From: Auanema rhodensis
Lineage: Eukaryota > Animalia > Nematoda
Length of the DNA stretch: 64,000 nucleotides
Assembly (NCBI GenBank): GCA_964057225.1
Contig: OZ059898.1
Coordinates: 6,820,001-6,884,000, forward strand
Reading direction: 5' to 3'
Positions within the stretch are counted from its first letter, which is position 1; each line of letters opens with the position of its first letter. Both the position numbers and the translations under genes were made by a program. Shown here piece by piece: positions 1 to 12,654 of the stretch. Under the pieces are notes generated by a model that saw only the letters and a list, made by a program, of their open reading frames with translations, was not told the DNA's origin and searched no databases.

Positions 1-670
1 CTATAATCGAATATTTTGAACCTCTAATGGCCAAAGAAGTTGTGGAGCAAACAGTAACAGAGCAATGTCAGCAAGGTATTTCAATATAAGCTTGTAATAT
101 AATAATAAATAAATTTGGAGAATGTTTAACTACTATGGATTGTAATACTGGATTAAGCTGTTTTCAAGCAACTGAAGAAAAACCTGGCTGCTGTTTACCT
201 GGTAATATTCTAATCGATCTCTTTAGAACATTTAAAATACTTCACTTGATTACAAATCTTTTATTTTTGTCAAATATCTTCGAAACTACTTAATAAGCCC
301 TATGTGAATCAAACATCGTCATGAAATATAGCTCCTTATAGCTTTAAAACCTAACGAAACTGGATGTATTCTGGACGAACAGTGTAAAAGAGCTTGCGAA
401 AGTACAATTTGTGATAGAACACAAACACCATCACGATGTCTCTGTGACGAAGGTCGTCATTTCTTATTCAACAAATGCTGTTAGTTGTTATTTTTTTAAA
501 ACTGCAGTTCATATATTTTACTTATAGGGAAGAAATGTCCAGCTTTCGCTCATCCCGAGCCCATAGTTGATGCTTTAGGATTTAGTCGATGTGAACTGAA
601 AACAGATTTGAAAACAGCTGTAGGATTCATGAGAAGAATGAAACGTCAAATGAGAAGCAATTTCTGTTAA
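1..670 (+). CDS. Cysteine-rich protein with EB-module-like repeats (5'-truncated, 4 exons visible)
   Basis: Spliced translation ...EQCQQ|ECLTTMDCNTGLSCFQATEEKPGCCLP|ALKPNETGCILDEQCKRACESTICDRTQTPSRCLCDEGRHFLFNKC|WKKCPAFAH...RSNFC* keeps frame across GT-AG introns; TAA at 668-670. Confidence 0.75.
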
Positions 671-1999
671 TTTTCATTAACATTCCCCTCCTACCATAAA
701 ACTTCTTTTCAATAAGAAGCCATATTATACCTAGAAGTATTTCCTTCTTTTCAATGTTATCATGGTGATTCTATTCTACTACCACCCACTGATACTTTAT
801 TTGGTTTAAAACATTTTGAGCAGAGTAAACACTTGAAATTAACATGAAACCCGATCTCTTGAATTAACTCTTCAAAGTTAATTTTATACAGGTTTCATAA
901 TAATATTAGCCTTGATTCTGAATCTTTAGAATGTTCCTCAAAATTACTTTTACACCTTTTTACGAAAAGTGAAGAGAAGCCGTAAGTAGGTTGTTTGCTG
1001 ATCCTTTCAAGCTTCTCCTCTTACTGTCTGTCTCACCAAGAGTTCCCCTTATCATATCCCATTCTCCATATAATCTGTTTTTTTTTCGAAATCTGTCGAC
1101 TCTTCAGTTTTTCTGAAAGCTTGGTACACAAGTTTGTCACTTTCTTGACAAAAGACGGTAGTATTCATTTAACTATTTCATATTAAAAAAGGTAAATCTA
1201 TAATAATCGATGTCATTTATGGGTTTTAGATCAGTTCATATGTTCTGTTCAATTATGTATATATATATTAATATGCTATATTCAAAATATATAAATAAAT
1301 ATTCAATCAAGCTTATTATATTCTTTATAATACATTTTGTATATACAACCCCTCTTTAGTTTTCTAATATTTTTTTTTCAGTTCTAGATATAATGACCTT
1401 TACTTGATTTGCAAAAACCAGAGACAAAAAAAAACGAGACTTTGCAGTGTGTCTATGGTTGGAGAACAAGAAAGGGAGGCTATCTGGTCCCACTACTATA
1501 TTTGAACTATCCATCATCTTTGTTTTGACGCCAATGCCAAAACTATTTATGGTTGTGCCGTGGTTGGAAAAATTGAAGTCAGTTAAAATTTGTTGACAGA
1601 TATTAGAAGAAAATTATAAAATAAAAGAAAACTAAAAAAGTATTTATCACTAAAGTATCATCAAGATATTTCAGGAATAACAAAACATTCAGTTAAATTA
1701 AATTAAGATATTGGATTCATAATAACCATATAAGGCACATTGTAAGAGATGCATCATCTAAAATTAGGCTAATTGGAGATAAAGAGAGATCACAAAGTAA
1801 TAGATATCACAAAAAAAAGAGCATAGAAATGCTGAAAAATAAAATTTTATATGGAAAGGTTTTAATTGATATATAAAGCTTATACATTTGGTTAATTATA
1901 TATTACAATGTTTTAAATTTTTTTGAAAATATTTTAAGATGAAAGTTATGAAAGAAAAACTAATTTTTAGATGAGTTAGTTATAGTATTTTTCCAATTA

Positions 2000-4841
2000 T
2001 TAATTGAAATTTACATAAAATCCCCAATATACGAGATGAAAGAGGATGAAGAAAGTTGGAAAAGCAATTCGTGATACAAGATCAACCTGAAAAAATCACA
2101 TAAAAATGGTCAAAATAAAAATAATAAAAACATACTCTAGCTGCACGAACTCCACAAAAAACTGTTTGTTTTGGTTTAAATGGTATAGGTGGCATAGGTA
2201 CCATAGCAAGTAAAGGTATACGTTGATCTTGAGCAGGATCGTTTTCCATCTGAAAGAAATATTGATTACTAAATTTTAGAAAAGAAAAGAAGAATTCCCT
2301 TTTCATAGAATATAAAATAATTATATAGAATTCTGTGTGATAGATTAACTGGCAAGTAATATGCAAAGCAATTCATTGAACATGTCAATTTTCATGTCAA
2401 CGGGATGTCAGTACAACGAGTAAAATAGAATTCCATTCTATGTATCACATTAATTATTTTTTTATTATTATTATTATTACAATAATAAACATAATAATTG
2501 ATTGATTTTTTGATATAAATCACATAAAGTATATGGAAGTAATTCAGTTCAACTTTTACTTAGTACAAAATGATTCTTCCAACATTGTTCTTAAAACCTT
2601 TGAATGTTTTTTCCATATTAGAGCAAAATCCCCTAAGAGACTAGGTACAGATATTCAATCGGCCAAAGACCGACAACCCATTGTCTCTTTGCGAATCTAA
2701 AAAATCCATAAATCCACTTTAAGTTATCTGGTATATACTATATGTTGTAACGACAAAAAAGTTCAAAAATAATCTTGAATGTGATGTTTGAAGTTTATAC
2801 TACTTACTATCATATGAAATATGAAAAATGAATAGATATAGTTGAATAGAATTCATTCATTTCATATATATATATATAGTATACTAAGTACAAGAAAGTT
2901 CAATCATGTCTTCCTAACTCTTTTAACAAACTTGAAACTCTATTTGCTGAAACGTTATTACATCTGATAGCGCTATCTATTTAAGAAAACGTTTCTTTAT
3001 ACTGACAGAATCCTTATTTTTCTTTTTTTTTTGTGAAACATTGTTTCTCAAAAAACTTACTCGAAAAATCAATTGATAATTCATATTGAAACTTGTCAAC
3101 ATGTGAAACTTCAAAATAAGGAACTATGTTTCGGATAAAAGAAAATAATGCTTGAGCATTAGAAATTACAAGAAAATATATTTAAATTTGTAAATGGGTG
3201 TATTAAGTACAAGTATTCTTTAGTATGTTCTTAATTAATTATAAATTAATTTGATAATTAACTGAACAACATATATTTTTTTACAAACGTTTTTGTTTTT
3301 ATAATAAATTTTATACTAAAACATACCCGAATTGATGTATCTTTTCTTTTACCAGAGCTCTTTTTCTTCTTTACACTGTTTTCCCGTTTTAGTACACCAT
3401 CACCAGTTTCATAATATTGTACAGGTGAAGCTGTAGTTACAGATCTTGTTCGTTTCATTAAATAACCAATAGCAGCATATTCTAGTAAAGAAGCAAAAAC
3501 TGTAATTTAAAGAATATAATTATTAAAATTTTGATTTAAACTTGCCTATGAAAAAACACATTCCCAAAAATATATCCAAACTTTTAACGTAACTAACTTT
3601 AGGTAGACTAGCATTTGTACTAGTCATCAAGGTAGTCATCGTTAACACAGTAGTTACTCCTAAAAATAAAATTATATTTCCACTTAAACATTTTAAATTT
3701 CTTTTTCTTTTCTTTTTTGAAACATTTTTATAAAAAAAAAGTTTTAGAATATTTGATTAATTGGTTACTTGCTTTAAGCTAAAATGCAAACACTAATGGA
3801 CCACCACACTCATGCATTTTAAGTTTTCTGAACTATAATTTTACAAAATAATATTCTTAGAAAATTCTCCAGGGAATCATAGGGCGAACGAAACGCTCAT
3901 GCAAATTTGAAAACCCAGAATAATTTGAAAACAAAACAGAGAAAAAAATACAAACCAATAGATATTCGAGCTTGAACAGCATCTCTGTTTAGCCAAAAGC
4001 TGACCCATGAGATGACAACAATGAGAGATGAAGGAAAGTATATTTGTATCAAATAGAATCCAATATTACGTTTAAATGTAAAATATGCTGTTAAACGAGA
4101 GTAGTTACCTATAGAAAATAGATTATTCAAAAAATTATTTGATCTACTGACCAGTACTCAATGATATCACTCGTTCATAAAACCAATGTTTCCCAATAGA
4201 AAAATGTGCAAGATGAACGTTTTCATCTATAGTTACAGCATTAGAGCCATGCCAATGATAAATGATATCTCTTGTAGAATAACCATAACTCTTAAAAATA
4301 TTTTAAAAAATTAATAAAACAACTTGAAATAGAATAGTAAAAACCTCAATTTCTAAAGCACATTCTTGTATATCCAATGGAAACTAAAATAATATTTATT
4401 TATAATATTTTTAATATTTAGACTTACTGTATGTAAATTCATTGGACAATTAGCTGTTACGGTTAAACGAATACTACGCAAAACATTTCCATGATTATCA
4501 ATACGTAAAAATGAATTATGAGAAGTAGCTTCATGGAAAAATGATTTTTTCTCATTTGGGAAAAATGTATCAGGTGTCCAAATAGATTTTACCATATCAA
4601 TACCTAAAACGATGAAAGTCGCCTAGTAAAAAGAGATTTTTTTTTAAATTTTCATTGAATATCATTCATATAGCAGAACAATAACATTTCATACATTCTG
4701 CTTACTTAATTTATTTAGAGCTCCGAAAAAAAAAAGACATAGAGGCCATTATTCATCCCGATAAAGAATTTAGCCCCCTCAATTTCATTCTTTCTACTAT
4801 CTCTTCTTTTCTGTTTTCAAACGATCCCAACTGAGGTTAGT

Positions 4842-4913
<72 letters not shown>

Positions 4914-7900
4914 AAGAACTGGTGGTGATGTAAGCGAACTGAGTAAGAAAGAAGACAAAAAGATGCCATATGAAGAGGGTAGAATTGGAGAAAGAAAATG
5001 TGGTAGAGCTCCCTATCTCCGCTTTTAGTTCAACCTATCTCTATATCCTTCCCCATTTCTGTCTATGCAAATAAAAGAAAGCAGCAATTGTGCTCCATAA
5101 TTAGTTTTGTTCATTTCTTTTCCTTATAGAGGGCTTGCATACGGGCCACCCAAAATTCAAGCAGTATGTTTTCTCTATTCATTCATAAAGAAAGTAAAAT
5201 TTTAGTTTTAAATTTCAATTCATTATCAGTATTTCATGATAATATTCAAAAATTATTTTAATTTCCCTCTTATGTTGTCAAGTAATGACTATACCATTAG
5301 TTTTCTTGACTATAAATAATAGTTAGAGTACACGAAATCTTGGACTTAAAACGCAACTAACACTTTGAATTCCTAATTGACAAGTTAAAAAAAGCCAAAT
5401 CGAATGAATGAAACAATCTGTAGAAAACACAATGTCTCTTAGACTTTCCATGTTTTAATGCAAGCGATGAGTCTAATCCCCCTGTTCAGATCTTTTCAAC
5501 GAAAAAAGATGCTCCACTCGATTTCTTCTTTCTTTTGCCCATTTAAACCTTCTCAATGGCTTTACTAGTCAGCAGCTGTTTATAGAATTCAGTATTCACA
5601 AACTCTTTTCTTTTCTTTTTTTTTTGTTCAATCTCTTTCATCACATTTAAAGTAGATATTAGCAAAGTTAAGTATAAGAGTTATACAAGAAAGAAGATGA
5701 ATCATATCAAAGTAGTAGTAGTAAAGACAAAAAAGTTACTCAATTACAAAATATTTAAAATGTATTGAATTGAAATGAAAAATAAAGATATTAGAAAATA
5801 TTTTTCATTTTGTCATATTCATTTAAATAATAATAATAATAATAATAATAATACATACCTATAGTTAGCGACGATTCTACATCACTTTCCCAAGCTAATC
5901 GAGGATCTTTCCATATTTGACGCAAATATAAGTCAAGGGTATAATCCTAAAAACAATCATATTATTAATTAATATAAATTAATATTTAAAAATGAAATAA
6001 AATCTTTTTGTTCTATTTTTGTTGAAAGAAAGAATATCAATCTTGTCTTTTCATGATATATATTCACATCTTTTTCTCACTTATCACAAATTTCAGATGT
6101 TCTGAATACTTCGACTTGTTGTCAAATGTACAGCAGCCCCAGGGAAAACAGTGGCTACTTGTTCAGTTTCAACCAACTCATTCAAGAAGGTTGTCAGTAT
6201 GAGTTTTCTCGCTTTTCTGAGCATTAACAGAGTGAGAACGTATACAGAAAACAAAGATAAAATATGAAACAACATCAATATTACTGAAGTTTTTGTTCTG
6301 TCCACGACAAAGCTAGCTTTTCATATTCTGATACTTCTTAGTTATTCCGTAAATTTTTAAATTTGTGTTTAAACATATAAGAAAATGCTTGAAATAATTA
6401 TTTTCTTAGATTAAGCTCACAATGTGAAATCGATCTGACTTTAGAAGAAATTATTCTCATTTAAAAGCCATGAGTCTACATAAATTTAAGAGTCTCCTAG
6501 TAATATTTCAAGTTTTATATGATGAACTTCGGAAAAATTATTGGTAGTACATAAAGCTTGATTATTCCTTATTCTTGCCAATAAATAGGAAACGATAGAA
6601 CGTAAGTTTGTCATGTGAAACAATAGCTAATGGATAGAAATGCTTTTCCTTCCTTTAAAGGATTAATCGTATGATTCGGACCCTTTAAACTGGTTTGGCA
6701 ACTAAGAAATATAAGTGAAACACACGCAATGGATACCGGAAACTATTTTCAAATAGTGTGATTATCTTCTTTTCGATTCTTTATGCTTCTATATAATGTA
6801 GACAAAACTGAATTCGGTCAGTTCTATTCTCTTACAAGCACCTCTCTCTGGCTCTCTCTCTTTTCCAAATATTCAACGTCTACTCGATTGAAAACTTTGT
6901 ATCAATGCTCTCTTTTCCCTTCTGCGAAAAATTGCACAATTGCACCGGAAGTATATCCGCCATACGTTGGGTTCCTGCTGGTAAACCCGGAAGACGAACA
7001 TACTCTGAGAAAGTCTAAAAAAAATCTCACAAACCATGGATACTTCTGATACAGCACTGATAGTTGTGATATGAGCAGTGATATTGACTTCGATGGGAGG
7101 ACCTATAAAATAAAAAAGTAAATGTATGTGCATAAGCATTGTAAATTAAAAAAATAAAATATGTTTATGTATAGGATGATGAATAATATTACCAATTTCC
7201 ATATTTTTTTGCTCGAGGATTTATGTAATATTAATATGTATGAATTGAAAAATAATCCAATAGACAAACTTCCTATTGGCCTTAGTTTACATTTAGTTTG
7301 TACACAAGTTGGCAATGCTCCAAAGAAAAGCTGGATCAATTTGTTAATAGTTGTGGACTGTCACAAGTTTTTTAGGTTGAATATAAACATATAAAAAGAA
7401 ATACATTGCTTCTTATATCTATTCTCAAGGGAATGACCAGTATCTTAAGTTAGTTAAGTCTATTGAGTAAAAGAATTGTATAACATTATAAAAGATATAT
7501 TCTATCTTTATTGATTATTTCTACGATATTCGAACAAATTTGATAATTTAATGTTTGTTAACACTAAGTACTTCCCTTTGTACTAAAAAAAGTTATAGGA
7601 ATACGATTTAATAAATTGTCGCCGACTTTTATTGAATTTTACGGCAACTTTTCAAAACGCTCATTTCCATATTGAGATGGTCCTTGCTCTCACCTATCTA
7701 ACTATGTCTGCTCCGACGTTAACTAAGATTTCCAAAAGATTTAGCAACGTTAGAGCAAGAAACTTAGTGAATAAAGAAAGGGAAATCCAAAAAAAATGGT
7801 TATAGAATAAAAGGAAAAGTAAGGAGATCAAGAGACGAACTCAGGCATTCACGGACGGCTGCAGATTTTGCATTCTTTTAAAAAGACACATTTGATATTA

Positions 7901-10331
7901 TAAAAAATATTAAAACTTGATAAACCTTCTTTTTTGAAGTTTTTTGCTCAAAACATCAAGTTATATTAGGTTAAAATAGCTTAAACATCTTATTCAAATA
8001 AGTCGTTCGCTTATATCTATTGTGATAACCCAAAACTGTTCCCTTTAAATAAGCTAATGGGATAAAGGGTTCATGACATCAAAAGGCTCCTCTTTGAGAA
8101 CTGGCAGTCCATCATTTGGACTCATCTGGTAGTAATCCCTGATGACTTGGACGTTGGCGCTTCAACTCTTGAGATACAAAGACATGCTCCCATCCAATTG
8201 CTATATGACATCACTAACTTAACAACGTTGTGAACAAGCTTAATTTATTTGTTCCTTTATCCACACGTTTTGAAAAAAAACCTATTCATAAACAGGAAAC
8301 ACCTGCAGTGTGCAATGACCCCTTTCATTACTAGTTTATCACACACAAAGTCGGATTACGTAAGCTGCTGTGCTTAAGTCGATTGAGCACAGAAGGCTTC
8401 AACAAAAAAAATGTCTAAAATCAAGCTGGTCCTTTCGTTAGAAATGGGTGTACAATAGGTTAGAACGCTTATGACAATATGCAAACGTCAACAAACTTCA
8501 ATTTTGTGAAAAAAAAAGATTCATACCTCCATAGTTTGGGCGAATTCGACGATCATGACTTGCAACTAATTTATCCAACAACTTACTGACGTTATTTTCA
8601 ATATTAGTATTTAGCGAAGATGCTTTTTCACTGAAATTAATATATATAATATTCTTTTATTTGAACTAATATTCTTGATAATAAAATAATTTATTTACTC
8701 AATTCATTCAGCTTATTAGCAAACTGCAAAATTATTCAATCATGGATCTTAGAAATAAATGTTTGCAAATCTGCGAATTGGTCTCTTAAAATTTTCAAAA
8801 ATAACGAAATAAAATGAAAAAAATGAAATTGAATATTCATACAAATTAAAATAAGTTTAATCCATTCTATATAACATCTAAAAAGAACTTTTAATACATA
8901 TTATATGGATTAAAGTTGTTGAGTCAATGATATAAAGTCCAATTAAGCTATTATAAATTTATCCAACTTCTTTAAATATTCGAAAAACATAAATAAATGT
9001 TTGAATAAAGTATAAGGTTCATTAGGTCTACAATGGAAAATACACGAAATTTTGAAAAAAAAAAGGTTTCGAATAACTTTAAAGTGCAAATATTCCGTTG
9101 GTATCTAAACGTTGTGTATAAATATTATGAAAGAAGGAACCAAATTTTTTTTGGTTTACTTTCATATAATCAAATATCCTCATTATTTATCTTTTTTTTA
9201 TATTTAATACATTATTTTCTAAATGAAGAACTAACTATAAAGGACATACATATTAGGAAGATTGATGAAATCCGAGGCTCATTGTAACATATGACAAACC
9301 TCTCGAAAACATTCAGAAAATATGAGGGAAAAAGCAAGGCAATGCAACTTTTCTGTTCATTTTCCATGGCAAACGTTGAACAAAAAAAAAGAAAACGTTT
9401 TTTGGTTAAAATACAAGTAAATGAGGTATATATTGATTAAAGTATTGAAAGAATATTAAAAATATAAAAAGAATACCATATAAGAAGAAAATATTGTTAA
9501 TAGAGATATGATTAAAGGAATTCTAAATTTTGAATATCATTATTTGAAATAACTTATTCATATATTCTATATAATAGTAAGAGTAATTAAATAAACTCAA
9601 GAGATTTTGAAAAGCAATTCTTTTGATTCAAGTTCTTAACGTTTAAATCAAAGCCCTAACATGCTTGTGTTTGTAGCTCAAATGTTCAAACTACATATTA
9701 CTCAGATTAAAGAAGAAGAGAATAAGTTATATATAGTTTGTTATATTATATAAATAAAATATATTAAATTATTACTTTACTAACTATTACCAAAGATATA
9801 ATATTCAATTTTCATTGTGCTTTTTGAACTTTTCTCAAGATAAAATTAGAGTCTCATCATATATCATAATAAGAAATAATAATATATCGTCAAACATGAA
9901 ATTTGTATTTGGAATTTTCACATAAACACAATCTCTTTTACTATGTATTGAGATAATTGAAAGAAAGTTATTAAATAGAGAAAATGGAGAATATTATGAG
10001 AAAGTTTAGATAATTAAGAAGAAATACGTTGATATATGGAAACATTTTTTCAATTTATTAGCTTTGTTTGGAATATTGAATACAAGGTATCTTGTAAATA
10101 TGAAATATGTATTGAATGAATATAGATTTCTAATGAAAAGAATTATAATTATGAACTAACTCTTCAGATTCAATTTGCGGTGGCTGCTCATATTCGATTT
10201 CCTTATCTGATTTCATCATCTATTATATAATAAATGTTAATTATATTGTATAAATAAGACAATAATACCGGTGGATGTTCTGCTGTTATGGTGATGAGAA
10301 GGGAAATATATATGACAGCCGTTAGCAACAT
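2000..10331 (-). CDS. lgc-38: Cys-loop GABA-gated chloride channel subunit (RDL/UNC-49 group), most like LGC-38
   Basis: Signal peptide exon [17 protein letters not shown] (ATG 10331) splices in phase via the exon at ~10161-10219 to ..[11 protein letters not shown]|PPIEV. Also [12 protein letters not shown], Cys loop [16 protein letters not shown]2 [19 protein letters not shown]3 [11 protein letters not shown] and M4 [10 protein letters not shown]...VNFN* (stop 2000-2002). The symbol is from recalled similarity. Confidence 0.85.
4843..4908. repeat. (GA)n microsatellite in lgc-38 intron
   Basis: About 32 AG units with one substitution. Confidence 0.95.
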
Positions 10332-12133
10332 TACGTGCCTGGACTCGGGGACGGAGGATGAAACCCCACGTCAGACTCTTCCTACTGTCAGCTTGAGCTA
10401 AAACGATTTTAAATAATATATTTAATAACTGTTACTTTAAAATCAAGAAAAGATGTTTAGAGACCAAGCTCATGATAAGGCAGACGTAGATGATAAATGA
10501 AAAGGCGACAACAGTAGAAAAACAGAAAGAAACATAGAAAACTAGGAAGGAAATAAAAAAAAAGAAGACATGTGGTAACACGAGAATGACGACGTCAGCT
10601 CACTCCCCCCCTTTTTTTTCTGGCTGTCTGTTTCCTTGCATCGAGGGGCGTGGTTCCATCAAAACGAGCACAAAGGGGCGGGGTTGACGGATTTAGCTGA
10701 AGCGCATGGGTGAAGCTATGGAATAGTTGAAAGACTACTGGAAAAGGCAATTAATATGAGAAGAATTCAGAACAAAAAGAAGATAAGATTTAAAACGGAA
10801 CGAATGAAATAATACTACGAAATCTAATTCATGAATAGAATAGAGCTGATTAGAGAAGTTCAATGAAAGCAAAGATAACAAAGTAGTTTTCATAAACAGT
10901 TATGCAGTGAAAAGAAAAAAAAACCAAATATGGAATCACGTATAGGTGGCAATAATAACCAAAACTTCCTTTCTATGTTTTCAAGATTGAAAAGAGGTAA
11001 ATATGACTTTCAAAGTTTTCCTATCATTTGCAATACAATACCAGGAAAATACAGACAAATAAGAATGAAAAAGTTTCAAAACATATCTATATCTGGATAT
11101 ATATAGATATATAGTTAGATAGATATGCATATATTATATATTTCTATATATATACATATCTTAATTTTTAGTGAAAATAAAATATGGGTAATGCAAATTC
11201 TTCAGAAAATATCTAAAGTATATAAAGATTATTTGTAAAAACGATCTTTCATATACTATTTACTATATATATATATATGCTAATACACTATATTTTAATT
11301 TTTAAAAAAGAATATTATCTATTCAACTAAGAATAATTCATTTTGAATAATAATTACAATTTAGTCAATAACTCTTAAGCGCTTTTAAAAGACATTTTTT
11401 GAATATTCATAAGTTTTTTATTGATACAAATCACATCGTGTTATTAATTTTAATTTTGTTTTTTCAAAATGTTTCTCAACTTTCATCTTAGAAAAGGACA
11501 ATCCAATTAGTTTTTTCCCATTTTTCTGTAATCTTCTTCTTTTTTTTTGTTTTTTTCAGTCTTAACTTGTGTGCAATATTCAAATCCAATGGACATTTTT
11601 CAACTTATTCACATCCTCAGGTTGTTCTCTTTAAAAGTTAAACGCATATAATTATTTTCAACGACAATTATGGTACTTCATGTAACAAAGAACTTAACAT
11701 TATAAAACAATGTATAATGAGGAAGGGTTGGCGAGATTTTAAGAAAAAGACAAAAGTACAATGCATTTCCACAAAAGAATAAAATTTTCTTTTTCAATTG
11801 CACCAAACACCAAAATGCATAATTTAACCTTTTTTCTTTATACTGAAATGAAATATACAAGAGAAATATAACCGTTTTCCTGTTTCTCTACAACGGAAAT
11901 TTGTTTTACTTTGCATGATTAGAGAACTATGGCTTTTTTTAGATGTTAGTATTATATTTCAACTTTCTCTAACAATTCTTATGAATATAAAAAAGAAATT
12001 AGAACAATGAATCTAATAATTGGACGTATTCTGTAGAATTTACTGTTCTATTACATACAGTAATCAATATAAAACATGTTTCTTATCAATGAAAATTGAC
12101 GTATATGTATGTCTAAACCATCGATGTGTTCAA

Positions 12134-12254
12134 GCACGGATGGCCGAGCGGTCTAAGGCGCCAGACTCAAGAGTTATTCTCTTGATCCGAGTACGGATCT
12201 TCTGAGTGTTCTGGTCCTCGAATGAGGGCGTGGGTTCAAATCCCACTCCGTGCA
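12134..12254 (+). tRNA. tRNA-Leu(CAA) with a 37-nt intron (12172-12208)
   Basis: Acceptor stem GCACGGA/TCCGTGC+A; A box TGGCCGAGCGG; anticodon stem CCAGA/TCTGG with CT-CAA-G; long variable arm; B box GGTTCAAATCC; T-run terminator just downstream. Confidence 0.96.
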
Positions 12255-12654
12255 GACTTTTTGCAAAATTAGTAATTAATTAAAAAAACAATTTTGGTAA
12301 TTGAAAACGTGCACAACATCATCAATATTCTTCATTATAACCAATAATGAATATATATAACAATTCAGAAATTTACAATTTAATTTTACAGCAACAACAA
12401 GGCAAGGATGCAAAATTAGGATTAAGTGCCAGGTAAAGCTGCAATCTGTTAATAAGTTTAATCTCCCGCTAAAAAATACCCGAGTTTGTATGTTGCAACA
12501 GGGAGCAAAACTCGTTGGTATATAAACAGTTACACTGATCAATACGTGATAAAATAAAACATTAAAAGTGATGACATTAAGAAACAAACAATAAATAAAT
12601 AAATAAATAAATAAAGATATGTGTATAAATAGAAATATATATGTTCTTAAGATA

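Noticed and set aside
6093-6305. Nested gene exon in a lgc-38 intron
   Set aside because: A tttcag acceptor and open frames exist, but there are no partner exons or recognisable product.
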